Below the pieces are notes generated by a model that saw only the letters and a list, made by a program, of their open reading frames with translations, did no database searches and had not been told where the DNA came from. Positions 26,471 through 48,100 of a stretch of DNA of 64,000 bases are shown piece after piece. The stretch's first letter is position 1; every line of letters starts with the position of its first letter. The DNA lies in contig JAQGDQ010000070.1 of the NCBI GenBank assembly GCA_030141605.1, positions 62,001 to 126,000 on the forward strand, in the 5' to 3' direction. The translations under genes and the position numbers were made by a program. Source of the stretch: Tubiluchus corallicola (lineage: Eukaryota; Animalia; Priapulida).

Positions 26471-28476
26471 AAAATTTATAAGTTAACGTGTATTGGCAGT
26501 GGACTTGCAATGCATTTCTATATCCCTGAATTTATTATATTGAACTGTCAAGTGATTTATTGTGGAGTACAATAGCCTGTTACCTTCACGTTTTTTGTTA
26601 TAATGGGACAAAATAGAGCCGAAATAGCTTGTTGTTGTTTCTGAAAAACACATAACTGCCTACATTAAATCAATTAAATGAAAATGTGTCAGTTAGTCAG
26701 TAAAATAATATTTGGCAGTACAAAATAGCAAGAAAAATAATTCTAGTTTAATAACAAAAAAAATGAATGGTTACAAAAAAAACAAGCATTACGCTAGCAA
26801 TTAGGTCATACGACTTTTACTCCTTTGCACATGCTTTCACATTTTTACCCTTCTAGGCAATAAGAAATAACTCACAGTAGTGACAATGACAGACACATGA
26901 GAAAGTGTCTGTTAAATTGCTTTGATATCAAAACTGGCAGTTTGAAAAACAACTCTAAATTGCTGAACAATCTTGATTTTGTTCTATTAAAAATGAAATA
27001 TAAAATGAATCACGGAATCACTTGTTGATGCTTCCAATACCATTATTTAATGCACTGCTTTTGTACGTGTCATCTCATTATGATGGCTGCTGTTCAATTG
27101 TTTTTAACGTGCTACTGGCTTATTCTAATGCCCAATACAGCACAGTTAAAATTGATTCACAAAAATGAGCATTTACAAATACAACAACAAAACCATAATT
27201 GGGTGACGAAAGACTATATTTGTGACCACACACAACACAAAAACACTATAGCAACAATGGCAACATTTACATACAAGTAATTATATCAGATGTTAACTCA
27301 GTTCGCATGACTTAACAATCTTCACTCTACTGTTACTCAACAGTGACCCATTTAAAAACTCTTCATTGGTCCCATCAAAAATTTTATCTGATAATTATTA
27401 TAGGTGCAATTAAAATAATAGTAGTGCCATTCTTTTCGTATTATAGTATGAATGCAATAACAAGGTTTCGAAATTTGCTCAATATCTTGCTTACGCCATC
27501 AAGTTTTAAAAACTCAGTTTTTTTGAAAACCAAAGCTACATGCTGACATTCATCTTCACCAGAGTTATGTTCATTGCTTTCTAATGGAAAAACCATGTAT
27601 AATGTTGAATAAGAAAACTAGTTATAAATAATATGTTCCAAAAAGCAGATCAACAAGACACCATGCAATGCGTTCCTCATCATTTAATCTTGTATTACAT
27701 TTTTATCTTTATAAATGCAAACATTGTAATATTCTTTAATAACCTTCTTAACCAACATCTTTAGATTTAATAATTAATCTCACCACCTACTTTTCCTCCG
27801 GTATTGCTTTTAACAAGCTCAAATATGCTCAGCTACGCCATGACCGACACCCAAAAACTAAAAACAAGGCCACAGCCGCAAACCTAAAATTTTACTGCAA
27901 TTCAAAACGGCACATCATGGTATGATACTATGATGCAAAAGGCTGTGGATTTTACACATGATTCCGTTCTTTCAAAAAAACTACACTTGCCTTTAATTGG
28001 ACACAGGTCAACAATTTCACTGAGTTCTCAAAAATTTGTCACATATAAGTACATCAATCCAAAGCAACACAGACTATGCTAGATATGTAATACAGTCAAT
28101 CAGTCCAACCGACTCTTTCCCAAATAAATAACAATATTACAAAATACAAATATTAAACAATACTACAAAATATCTGCTGTTTCATAACAGCATTATAAAT
28201 AAGCTTGACTCCTAATATGATACAATGGAAAAAATGTACTCTGCCAGTCTTAGAGTTTATGCACATCATGCTGGTAATCACAACGACTGGGGACATTTCA
28301 TGTAGTCCTATCACAAAAAGTTAATCCAAATCTCATGGTAAAAAACTGCACTGTACACAACAGGGATAAATAGCGACCATAAAAAACACACTTTAATTGC
28401 ACTTCCGCAAACAATCTCAACAGGAGCATTTGGATAGGAACGCGATTGCTCTCGATATCTTCACAAAAACTCAATG

Positions 28477-36054
<7,578 letters not shown>

Positions 36055-36064
<10 letters not shown>

Positions 36065-36180
36065 CTTTGTCTTCGGTCGAAAAAAGAAACTCGGAATCCT
36101 CCACCAGTCGTCCAGTTGTTATACAGGTATGTTTTTAGTCAACACGTTGAATTTGGTCGTCTGCAATGCTTGGAGGTAAT
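36055..36180. promoter_or_regulatory. Putative bidirectional promoter of TJAP1 and CTCF, including a CTCF non-coding first exon
   Basis: YY1-type motif GCGCCATCTT (36058-36067) overlaps the TJAP1 ATG. Plus-strand splice donors CAG|GTATGT (after 36126) and GAG|GTAATT (after 36175) pair with acceptor TTTTTTCCAG| at 36903 ahead of the CTCF ATG. Confidence 0.55.
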
Positions 36181-36955
36181 TCTTTTGATTACTTTAATCT
36201 AATGAAATTTGTATAACTTAAGAATTTTCACTCATTAACAAGTCTTCCAAGCAAGAGTCGTTTTCCATACAAAAAGTCGAGTTCCTTGATTCAAATTTGA
36301 CCGTCATAACGTGCGACACCATAAAAACAAGCCGTTGCGTTTGGCTTATAATTTTATGGCTGATTTAACGTATGAAATAAATTTTTGAATATTATTTTTA
36401 CTTTTCAGATTTCTTGCATGTAATTTGACCCTCAGTTTTACACAGCAGTATTTTAGGGCGGATCTAGAACTAGATGTTATAAAACGGGAGTGTTTTTACT
36501 GCTGAATGTTGCATTATAGTTTAGAGATAACTGATTTGCAAAACAGTAATTATTTTTGTATAATGTTCCCCAGATATAACATGACACTATAATAAACTTA
36601 ATCTGTTTTTGTAATATTACTGAAAAAAATAAGTATATTTTTATCTCAAAATCAAATTTATACCTCTGATTTTTTAATTCCATTTTTAATTGCTTTCTGG
36701 GAGTACCTGTATATTATACCTATGGTAATTAAAAAGAATGTGATGATGTATTGAAAAATAATGTTTAATTTCTTTATGATCTGCCGGTCAATTATCAACA
36801 CGGAAAACTGTTTTTCATGTCACTTTTATAGCAAAATAGAAAGCTGCTGACAAGTTTCACGGTCTGAAATTGTCATAGAAAATAATTATTTTGTTTTTTC
36901 CAGAAGTTGCTAAAGCTATAGTCACTTTTAACACCATTCGAGAGGAAGTGGTGTT

Positions 36956-39766
36956 ATGGAGGCAGCAGGTGATGCAAACACAGTTGCTCAGCCGGCACTC
37001 AGCGACATTCAGTCTTACCTTGATACTTTCAATAAGGAGATTGATCCTGCCCAAATCACCGGTCGAGAGATGATGTACGTACAAACGTCAGTTTCAGATG
37101 ATAATAGCCCACAAGTTTTTGTGGCTACAACGGATAATGCTGGTCCAGCACAGCAGCAAGTTATAATGGCTTCAACAATGGATGGAAGCAATGAACATCA
37201 TCTTTATGTTGCTTCTTCAGAGGTAGATACACAGCCTGGTCAACAGCAGGTGCTGTACGTAGCACCCGAAAACGATGAGGGAATTTCAGGTTCTGAAATG
37301 GAAAATCAACATGTTGTCTTGGTGACAACAGATGAACAGGGAAACTTGCAGTATACAACTGCTGATGGTGCCGATTTTTTTCCTGATGGTGAACCTCGGC
37401 AACAAGAACATGCAACTACTGCATTTCAAGAGGAAATGATGGGTAAGGTATTGAAACAAGAAACTGATAGCACTACTGCTGCTTCATCACAGTCTGCTGA
37501 AAATGTGCAGGAACTTGTTCAGATCAACGTACCAAACTCAGACAATATGATCTTACAGCAAGATGGCAATGCTGCTCTCGAACAAGATGAACCAGTGCCG
37601 ACCCTGGAGTCAGCTTCTGCCTTGGACACAGAACAAGTCGTCAACGACTTACAGGCCGGAGAAAATCAGGTCGAACCTGTTGAAACTAATCAGTTAATTC
37701 AAATTGAAGGAGAGCGGGAGCCTGATGCCATGCAAATGGTGACGCGATTGGCCGAACAGGCCACTGGAGACAACATGATTTTGAATTCAGGCAACTCTTA
37801 CCAGACTGTTACTATTGTTCCTTCCGACAGCAATCCCGAGGAAGTGAGCTATGTTCTTATTGTGTCTCAGCCTGATGACAAAGACAAGGATTTAAGCGTG
37901 TATGACTTTAATGATGAAGGTCAGCAGATTACGCAGCAGCTGGATACTGAAGGTAAGAAATTCATTCGTGTGACACCAAGGAAAGGTAAACTTGCCGTCG
38001 GGCAGGCGGCTCACATGTGCAATTACTGCAACTATACAAGTCCGAAGCGCTACCTACTCGCCCGACATATGAAGTCGCATTCGGAAGAACGTCCTCATAA
38101 GTGTAACATATGCGAGCGTGGTTTTAAAACTGTAGCTTCTTTGCAGAATCATTTGAACACGCATACGGGCACGAAACCCCACCAGTGTAAAGAATGCACT
38201 AGTGCATTTACCACGTCTGGTGAACTGGTTAGACATGTACGGTACAAGCATACACATGAAAAGCCCCATAAATGCACAGAGTGCGACTATTGTAGCGTGG
38301 AATTAAGCAAGCTGAAGAGACACATGCGATGTCACACTGGGGAACGGCCATACCAGTGTCCACATTGCACTTATGCGAGTCCGGACACTTATAAACTGAA
38401 GCGCCATCTCCGTATTCATACTGGAGAAAAACCTTATCAGTGCGACATCTGTCAAGCTAGATTCACACAAAGCAATAGTTTGAAGGCGCATCGGCTAATC
38501 CACTCTGGAAACAAGCCCGTGTACCAGTGTGAGCTGTGTCCTACTACCTGTGGACGGAAAACGGATCTTAGAATCCACATACAGAAGCTACACACAAGTG
38601 ACCAGCCAATCAAGTGCAAGCGGTGTGAGAAAGAGTTTGTCGATCGTTACACCTACAAGTTGCATGTGAAGACGCACGATGGGGAGAAATGCTTTAAGTG
38701 CGACCTGTGTCCATATGCATCATTGACACAACGCCACTTAGAGTCGCACATGTTAATCCACACTGACCAGAAGCCATTCCAGTGTGGCCACTGCGACCAG
38801 ACATTCCGCCAGAAGCAACTTCTGAAGAGACATCAGAATTTGTATCACAATCCAGACTACGTTCCTCCCCCACCAAGGGAGAAGACCCACGAATGTCCTG
38901 AGTGTCACAAAATGTTCCGCCACAAGGGAAATCTCATACGTCATCTTGCTATTCATGATCCCGAAGCCGAGCAACAAGTGCACTATCCAGCAGAAGACAT
39001 GGAAGGTGAAGAATCGGTGGATGAAGAAACATTCCAGGGAGCTGTTCAGTTGGTCGAGTCCGAGCACATTGCTCTTGGCGATGCTGATTATGATTTAGAT
39101 GCCACAGCTGATTTTCAAAATTCTTCTGGTATTGGTGTAGCAGTGACGGAAGTTGTGCAGACTGTTACAGAATCGAATAGGCGCCGTGGCCGACCACGAG
39201 TGATGAAGTTTGAGGAGCCAATAGACGACGAAGAAGAAGAGGAAGAAGCCTACGAAGCAGAAATTGACGAGGAAGGTCGTCTGATTTCCATGAAGAGAAG
39301 AAGCAGATATGATCATGATGAAGATTATAATCCCACTCCTAATAAGAAGCAACTCCGGTCAGGCCTGCCTAGTCAGGAACGGATTCCGATCGATCCTGTC
39401 GCGGAAGCGACTAAAGTGGCTTTGCAAGTACAGAAAAAGGCGGTACAAAAACAGAAGGAGATCGAGGAAGCATTTGGGTTTGATGCAGAGGAACAAGAAA
39501 ACGGGACTGAGGAAACTCAAACAGCACAGTATTTACAAATCCAGGATCCAGACAGCGGGCAGCCACAACTGATACAGGTAGTGGCATCTGGTGACCCGGA
39601 AGAGCCGACCATAGTGCAGTTAACAGAAGAACAAATGGCACAGCTCGCTGCACAGGTTGACAGTGATGATCAGACTGTACAGGTTGTTTTACAGCAAGAT
39701 GAGCCGACTCCAGAAATGGAGTCGCAGTCTATCATAGAAGTACCTGTTGTAATCATGGACCAGTGA
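36956..39766 (+). CDS. CTCF: CCCTC-binding factor (CTCF), 936 aa, single coding exon
   Basis: Eleven tandem C2H2 fingers with diagnostic recognition helices (TSGELVRHVRYKH, ELSKLKRH, DTYKLKRH, QSNSLKAH, RKTDLRIH, QKQLLKRH), the N-terminal SVYDF cohesin-binding motif and a C-terminal AT-hook RRRGRPR. Confidence 0.97.
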   Translation: MEAAGDANTVAQPALSDIQSYLDTFNKEIDPAQITGREMMYVQTSVSDDNSPQVFVATTDNAGPAQQQVIMASTMDGSNEHHLYVASSEVDTQPGQQQVLYVAPENDEGISGSEMENQHVVLVTTDEQGNLQYTTADGADFFPDGEPRQQEHATTAFQEEMMGKVLKQETDSTTAASSQSAENVQELVQINVPNSDNMILQQDGNAALEQDEPVPTLESASALDTEQVVNDLQAGENQVEPVETNQLIQIEGEREPDAMQMVTRLAEQATGDNMILNSGNSYQTVTIVPSDSNPEEVSYVLIVSQPDDKDKDLSVYDFNDEGQQITQQLDTEGKKFIRVTPRKGKLAVGQAAHMCNYCNYTSPKRYLLARHMKSHSEERPHKCNICERGFKTVASLQNHLNTHTGTKPHQCKECTSAFTTSGELVRHVRYKHTHEKPHKCTECDYCSVELSKLKRHMRCHTGERPYQCPHCTYASPDTYKLKRHLRIHTGEKPYQCDICQARFTQSNSLKAHRLIHSGNKPVYQCELCPTTCGRKTDLRIHIQKLHTSDQPIKCKRCEKEFVDRYTYKLHVKTHDGEKCFKCDLCPYASLTQRHLESHMLIHTDQKPFQCGHCDQTFRQKQLLKRHQNLYHNPDYVPPPPREKTHECPECHKMFRHKGNLIRHLAIHDPEAEQQVHYPAEDMEGEESVDEETFQGAVQLVESEHIALGDADYDLDATADFQNSSGIGVAVTEVVQTVTESNRRRGRPRVMKFEEPIDDEEEEEEAYEAEIDEEGRLISMKRRSRYDHDEDYNPTPNKKQLRSGLPSQERIPIDPVAEATKVALQVQKKAVQKQKEIEEAFGFDAEEQENGTEETQTAQYLQIQDPDSGQPQLIQVVASGDPEEPTIVQLTEEQMAQLAAQVDSDDQTVQVVLQQDEPTPEMESQSIIEVPVVIMDQ

Positions 39767-40047
39767 GTTAAACAATAATGAATAGCCACTGTATTAACTT
39801 GTATAAACCATAATTTCTTGTTGGTTGCGGAATTGAGTTTTATGTGCATGTTTTGCATTGAACTCTGCACTGTAATGCAGTTATTTATGTACGCTATTGT
39901 AGTTTATTTATAGTTGTAGAATTATTAAGCTTTTGTAGGATGTTGTACAGGAAAACAAATTGGCGTTATTGCTGTATTGCGTATGATGTACTTGCGTATT
40001 TCTTTTTTCTTACTTTGTACTGTACAATTGTACATAATTATAGTCTC

Positions 40048-40533
40048 AATAAATTATAAACTGATACCAAGTATGAAAAATACCATACTGCTCTAGGAAT
40101 GTAGGAACTTTTTTGACCAAACCTGTCTAGGTTTAGGGTTATTCTTCATGTAATATCGGCTTGGTTCATAGAAAAACTTGAAAACCCCCTCCAATTAACT
40201 ACTGAAATAACAATGCTAATTGTATAAAATATATTGCGACTTTTATGCATGTAATTTGTTAGTATAAGGTATAATTGCTTCGCAGTGTAGTTATTATTGA
40301 GCCTGCCAGCATTTCCTAAAGTAATGTGCAAATCTTGTTCATAGTGCAGTCACACAAAACTGACTCGAGTCTTTTTGATAATACTGCACACACTAGTTAT
40401 GTTCTTTTTCAAAAATATTTTGTGTGATCATTATGATGAAACTACTTTCGTACTTTAAATTAAAATTTCGCTTTCGTTGCTGAGAATATTTTGCTGTGTG
40501 CTAATGATTGTGTGCAAGGTTTATGTAAATAAA
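40048..40533 (+). terminator. Candidate CTCF polyadenylation signals
   Basis: AATAAA at 40048-40053 and 40528-40533 in a T-rich region downstream of the stop codon. Confidence 0.4.
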
Positions 40534-40777
40534 CTATTTTGTAATTGAAAATTTAATTTTTACTCTGCCATTCTCAACCAAAACTTGCAACATTGAATGC
40601 ATGTGCATTTTTCAAAAAATATCACGCATGCATAAAATTGCTTACACATTTTGATGTAAACTGCCTCATAGTTTGCAAATTACGCAAGGTTACTGTGATA
40701 TAGCAGAAACATGGCAAAGAAATAAAAAATGCTAACAGATGGTACATTTCTTTGGTGGCTGAATGTTGAAAGTATCA

Positions 40778-40791
40778 CCAACAGGTGGCAC
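40778..40791 (+). promoter_or_regulatory. Candidate CTCF binding site
   Basis: CCAACAGGTGGCAC, one mismatch to the core consensus, between the convergent CTCF and peroxiredoxin 3' ends. Confidence 0.4.
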
Positions 40792-41485
40792 CACAAGGAG
40801 ACTAGTTACTGGTTATTTTTGTGAACATGATGCATTCAAAAAAATATGTAACAGGGGTTAAGGAAACAAAATTTTATTTTACCTGGTACTTGATACAATG
40901 TGAAACATACAAGCATTCAAACAGAATGTTTAAAGAACAGCAAAGCAATGTAATGTGTGCTCAATTAAGTCAACTAGCTCTTACTTAGCAATATATTCAC
41001 CGGTTGTATAATCACAATTTTCTCACAATCATCTATGCAAAGATTCATACAAACAAAAACAAATGTCAAAAATGTTAGCTAATTTTCAAATCTAGTTTCA
41101 GCAGTCTAACACTAAAATGAATAATACACTTCCTTATTCATGCTACAAGCTCTTAACAAAATCCAACACCTTTTTTTTTTGGTAAAATGACTAAACACAA
41201 CTCTGCATGCACTAACTTATATACATCTATAGTAAAGTTGTATATTATACTTATATGGCACAGGAAAGAAATAAACTGTCAGCTATGAAATGTGCAGCTA
41301 TAACATACTTTAATCAACAAAATCAGTAATTTTGATTATGGTATTTATGTCCTCTGACTATTTTGCTCCAAATGAGAAATATTGTAGATCTTTGATTTGC
41401 GTTCCTGTAGTCGCTATCACACTGTTGTGAGATTGTTTTCAAGCTTCCAAGATAAAAAGGCCCAAGTGGGAATTAGGAAAGCTCT

Positions 41486-44400
41486 CTACATTTTCTCTCC
41501 TTTGTTTGCTTTCTCGAAGTACTGCTTGCTTCCTTTGGGGTCTGGCTTCATGGTGTCCGATCCAGGTTTCCAACCAGCGGGGCAAACTGAAAAAAAAACA
41601 AGGAAGATCAGAGCTGGGTATAAAATGCAATTTATGGCTTGCTAGCTGGCAAGAGGAAAAGGATAAAGCTAACAAAAACCTTTCTGTTTCGCTCTTGCGT
41701 TTGCTGGCAGATAAAAAGTAAGGTTAATAACTTGTACTTTCAATAAGACACATTACAGCATAGCAACGATTATAGCAAACATGGTTTAATGCACACCAGT
41801 GATGCAAACTCACAAGAAAGGAACGTTCATCATTTATTTAACTACTATAAAAGCTTTGAATGCATCTTACTTGGTTATTGCATACCATGGACTTTTTGAC
41901 TGGCCCCACTGCTTCCATTACTAGGTATCTATTGTGTACTTTACCTTTGCCAATCATTTGCAAATTAATTTAAAGTTAAATTTTACTGTCATTCTTGGTG
42001 ATGTAAAGAAGTTAGGGAGCATGCCGAGTTGTTAACATGTCGTGTACAAATGTCATTTTGTCTACTATCTGTATACAAACAATGAGTCACTCAATAGCTT
42101 GGCATCCAGTTATTTTATGTACGTTCCCTGGCAGCAAACTGCTGAGATGTTTCAAGTGATAAACCCCACTGCAGTTAATTTGCTACAAAAACGTTTTACA
42201 CAAGCGGCAAACAGAAATTTTGTAAAAAACAATCTTTTTGTTCATTTCATTGACTTTACTGAACATGTCACATAAATTTACAGCTGAACATGTGCCGCAG
42301 ATTGTGTACACGCAATTTAAAATGAAATGTTCATTAACATTTTGTTTATAAGAATAAGTCACATAGGATAGTTTTGTTGAATTTTAATATACTGCAAAGT
42401 AATAAAAGTACTTCACATCCTCTATGGAACATATTGTACATTATTTATACCCTTTTATGTTTTATGTATGTATATATATATATGTATGTATGTATGCCGG
42501 GTATATAGAGTACGTTGGTTACAGAGTACTTTTTTGGGGTGGTTTTTTGTAACTATAAGATGATAACAGACAACTATAATGATGATATACTGTAATACGA
42601 AAGACACATAAGACTTTGGAATCCATTTTACACTATAGACCCCAACCAAGACAATTTAAAATCATGAGATGTACATCAGCCTTAACAACAGATATCAACA
42701 CCAGAAAACAGCACTATGAAGTTTATCTGAAAATGCTAACAGGGAAAATAATTGATTATTTTATGTGCTGTAAATTGCATGCAATGGAGTAACATGTTAC
42801 TCACAACAGCACGCATGCTATAAAATTAATTAATACAGAATTCCATCTGGTGCAGTAGCAGTTAACAGTCATACATTAGTGTCTGATTACTTGTTATACA
42901 GCTGCAATACAACATAACTATAGCAGCAATAAAATGAATTTATTCACTCTCATAATTAAGTGATTTTTTTTACACTGTGGCAAGGTATGATATATTGTAA
43001 AAAAACTGTAATTTCTAACCAACGTGGAAAAATGAAAACAGATCTTTTTATTCAGTTCGCGATTCTATTTTCTAGGATCCCATATTTGGTGAAAACCCAA
43101 ATTAATGTAGATGTTTGTGGCAGAACCAGAATTTTGCTGGTTATTAATGATAATCATTTAAAGTGAGATAATGAGCTGGAACAGGTGTATCAGCCACATT
43201 CATGAGATGCGTCCTATAAATCAGAACAGCCAGGTGCAGAAAACACATTCTAGAGCAACTGTCTGAAGTCATCCAGCCACTGACTGACTTGGCCTTGCAG
43301 TGCTTCGCTCAGGCACTAATAACGCGTATTCGGCTATTCACGAGTTCACATGCTAGGTGACCAATAATGTCAACAGAAATAATTTGATACAACCTGCTAA
43401 CATACTCATATAATACATGAAAATGCCAGGAAATCCCTATTTTTGTGGTCTACCTGTTACAAAAGGTAGACATGAAGTCTACACTATGGAGTAGTGCAAA
43501 CTACGTAGTACCTATCTCACTTTTGCAGAAATGCAAGATTTTGCAAATATGAAATTCATTACCTTCACCGTGCTCATCGGTAAACTGGAATGCCTGCACC
43601 AAACGCAACGTTTCGTCGACGGAGCGACCGACTGGAAGGTCATTGATTGTGATCTGACGCAGGATGCCCTTCTTGTCGATGATAAACAGACCTCTGTTAT
43701 GAAAGAAAAAGTCAAAACTATAAAAGTATTGGAAAAAATCTAATTGCTGCAGCTGTAGAATTGCTTTCTGCACCTAACCGCTACATGTATAAGTTCATTT
43801 AGGCTGATAATAGTATACATCGAATTATCCAGAACTGTATCTCCAACAGTTTTTTTTAAAAAACAGCATAATTTGCAATAATAACTAATTCAATGTTTGC
43901 TTATGTTTAATGCAACATAAACATTCTACATAGTGAATCAACAATACAACTACTACAGCATTTTCAAAAACCTGCTTCAGTGAATTATTAAATGAAACTT
44001 AAATAGTTATCACATGCTAAGCCTTACAAATTAGAGCGTTAACAGTTTTTGTGTTCGACTGCAGATCCATTAGCTCTAGGCACTACTAATTTAGGTAACC
44101 AAACAGAATATAGATTCAAAGCTTTTTGAGCAGAATACAGTAAGCAGCAAAGCTGTTAAGTATTGAAAAGGAAAACTGACGTAAATAATTAAAGTGTGTT
44201 ACTTTTATGCATTTTGGCGCTCTGCAAGCTGAAATCCAGCAATTTAATTGTAAAATCTACTCAATGTGCGACCAGAGGCTAGCTCATCATCAAGTATCTA
44301 AATCTAAGATCAGCCACTGAACCAGTAAAAGTATTTCAACCACGTTTGTATGTATAAACATTATACAGTATACACCTCTCTCTCTCTCTCTCTTCAGGTA

Positions 44401-45136
44401 AAATACACAGGATCAATATAGTGAACAAACAAATTGCCAACTGGACCACACCCGAGAAACATTTAGTGCAAAATTTAAGCCCGTTCTCACTATTTCACAC
44501 TGCACAGTTACAGCATAGTAACAACACAGATCTGAGACTGAAACAGAATGTACAGCACAGCCTTAAACTCAGTCTAGAAACATTCCATACTAATGTAAAA
44601 ACCAACTGATTTACGTAAAAAATTTGATGAATGCTACAGATTTCCACAAGAAAAAGCTCAAGTCTGTTACTAGTAGTGAGTTAAAGTAAACAACATGCTG
44701 GGCATTTATAAAATGCTGCAGTCAACAAAAAAATTTAAAAACGGAAAAGGCTTCACGCCACTAACAGCTGGAAAATTTGGAATTTCACTTCTCGACTAAG
44801 AAGCCTAGTCATACAAATTAAGCTAAACGTTTCTGAGATTTTGACAAAAAGCATTAAAATAGAATGGTGCAGTAAGGACTCTAAGCAGCACGCTCATTTA
44901 AACAAGTTTCTCGATGCGCCCATTGAAATGCTCACAATAATTAAATTCCTATTTTAATAAGGCAACCTCTGTAGAATTTACATTTATTATACAATTATAC
45001 ACATATTAATTGTATACATTTATTATAGCAAGTTAAAAGCACTTTTTACTGCCAAATTTCATTTGAAAAAACACACACATATACATAATCAATATATATA
45101 TATACATTTATTTCTTCATAAAAAATTTTGTTTTTT

Positions 45137-45189
<53 letters not shown>

Positions 45190-48100
45190 TGCATGTTTAT
45201 AACTGTACAAAAATAAAAAGTATCAAGTTGACAAAGGCGTAGTGTTGAATTAACAATGACTGATTTCCCTTCACAAAATTTGTGAATTTTCAAATTACCT
45301 AAAAGCAGCACCCATGTCTTCTTTTAGGACACCATAGTCTTTGGCGATGCTTTTTGTCAGATCGGAAACAAGGGGAATCTTCATATTACCCAGTCCTCCA
45401 GCCCCTCTTGGCGTGTTGATCCTAGATAATAATACTTCAACAATAAATTAAATGAATAATTTAACTGCACACATTAGATGTACTAAACAGCTATTTTGTA
45501 ATTTTCTCCATATTTGACCTTTGACATTTTGCCAAGGTCAGGCTTCATGCCAATCAGGTATTTATCTGTTAATTTATATGTACAAGCTTACACTATGCAA
45601 CTAGGCTACATCCTGGCAACTCAACAGTTTTGTTTCTAAAGCATATGATTATGTTCATTTCCAAACTTAAAAGCTGATTTTCATGGTGAACGTCTTGCAA
45701 ATTATATTAACAGCTAAATGTTCTCCTTAGTTGCTACTTCTCTACAACTCTGGTAGTCAAACTCGGTTCCCCAAGGTTCTTTTTCAGGTCCCTTCCTTTT
45801 TCATAATCTACATAAATGACATACTAACCAACATTAATATGCTAAAATCCAATTATTTGCTCATAACAAAGCTATGTTGAAAGATCACTATAGACTGCTA
45901 CAATGCTAAACAAATGCTAGTATAAAACAGACTTCTGGAACTAAAAATGACTAGTAACATTGATTAAGCCTGTCAAAAATAAAATTATTAGTAGTTAATT
46001 TCTACTGAACAACTCACCCACTATCCTCTGTAAACTCTGTATTATAGACAATATATTTTGACAACTGATGCATTAATGAACTTGATCATGATAAACACTT
46101 AGGAATAACATTAATAATAATCAGCTAATGGTCTTGAAATAACCATAATCAGCTGATGGTATCTGGACTAGTTGTATATACAAAATCATAATAAGGCCGA
46201 TAGAGTATTATGGACAGTTATCTTCTTAAACAACTTTTGATATAAATGTTCAGTTATTGAAAAACAGGCAAATGAAGACTCTGGCAGCCCTACTCGTCAG
46301 AACCATAACTTTAAAACCCTCTATACAGGGCCAGATTATGGGGTCTGATTTGGTCTTCAATAGATATGAAATGTAGTTTTTTAGTCACTGATTTACAGTC
46401 TCCAACAGATGTTTATTCTGCAGCTTTTCAATCACTGACTTACTATTTATTTCATTTATCATTACTTAATAGTTTGTGTTCTTGTGAAAAACAACTTGTA
46501 ACAGTGAGTTGCTTAGAGACTCATTTGTACTGTAATTTGTCCACCAGCTCAACAATACTAACAAAATAGTTATGAAAACCATAGATCTGTTGTCTAAAAG
46601 GCTGATTCCTTGTTTGTTTTCTGATCACTTTCCTATTTACATTCAGTAGATGTAACTCGATAACAATTGGTTGTAGAATATGTAGACACAAAGCAGTTTA
46701 TTGAAAAGCTTTTTGCTGCCATTCTCTATTGATCACTTAGAAACATGCTGCCTTGAAAAAGTTTCTAGTCTTTACCGCATCTCGTCATGCCTCTGAAAAG
46801 GAAGTGAAAGGAAATGGGTTATTTTTGGCAGGTTTTCTCAAGGCAAGGCAAGTACGAAGTACGTGTAGCAGACGTTTTACTTGAAACGTATTACTCATTT
46901 GTGACTTCCTGTCTGATCAGCTGCAATCACAAACTTGCATTCTAACTTTAGTTGCATCTTTCTAATTGAAAAGTTACCTTCATAAGTTTATAAACTGAAT
47001 GGGTTAACAAGTACTAAATATGTGTAAGCTTTGAGAGCAGTTTGTTGTATTCATCACCCCCCAACCCCGTCAAAATGGTAATAGAACTATATTTTGAATA
47101 TAATGTCATGGATGCATTTAGTGATCTAATACTATAATGGATTTTTAGTTTTAAAGACAGCTTCTAATGTTTGTTACTGATAGGAATATGATAAGTATTG
47201 CATTTAGCAAATTTAGACCAGCCTACAGATATATGTTACTGGTGCAGTATTATTTGAAGAGATGTGTCAGTGGCGGTCTACTGTACTTTGTTAAGTCAGT
47301 ATCGTAGCCACGTCCAGTAGTTTCTTGGGAGCTGAATTTGACTCTTTAAGTGTAAATTTAAACTGGAATCATGAAAAGATGAGTGTAGTTTTTCTCAAAA
47401 AAGTATTAAATTTAGAAAATTCACAGCACCACTCTTTTAAATAGTGATTGGCCTTTGCAGCTTATTTTTACTCATATCTGTCATTTTTGACAAATTCCTT
47501 TTATCCCTTTCTCTTTTATCTCCTGTTCCCATTTGCTTTTTCTCTTTCCCCTCCTCCCTCCCCCTCTCCCCTTTCTATTTTGTCTCCTGTTCCCACTTGC
47601 TCTTTCTGTCTCCCTCTTCCCTCCCCCTCTCCCTCTCCCCCCTTCTCTCCTGATGGCGATAATGATATTTGCTTTAGCAACGGTGACCAATATTTCTTTA
47701 TGTACATTAGCTCTTGCACGCACATGTTTTCTGACTATACCAAATATAATTAATTTGCTATATTTACTATATGTGTACATATATCATATATACACTGCCA
47801 TTCATAGCTGATAATCAATATAAAGTGTGGGATCTACATTTGATTCTGCAAATACATCTGCATTTACTGTACCTTTTATTTATAAGTGATTTTCAACATG
47901 TTTTATTTGGAGAGTAGTTAAGCAATTTAAATAAATTTTTTAGCATGTATCTAGTAGTTTTATTAATTGTTCATTTGTTGAATCACTTTATGTATCTTAT
48001 ATTTATAATTTCATTATTTTGATTGATAAGAAAGGAAGGAATGATGCAGCTGTTTTTATCTTTGTCAAAACTTACTTTTTGATAAACATAGGTAACTTGG

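Noticed and set aside
37161-39870. Antisense and alternative-frame ORFs overlapping CTCF, and likewise those over UTP18 and peroxiredoxin exons
   Set aside because: Shadow ORFs of real coding sequence with no recognisable motifs.
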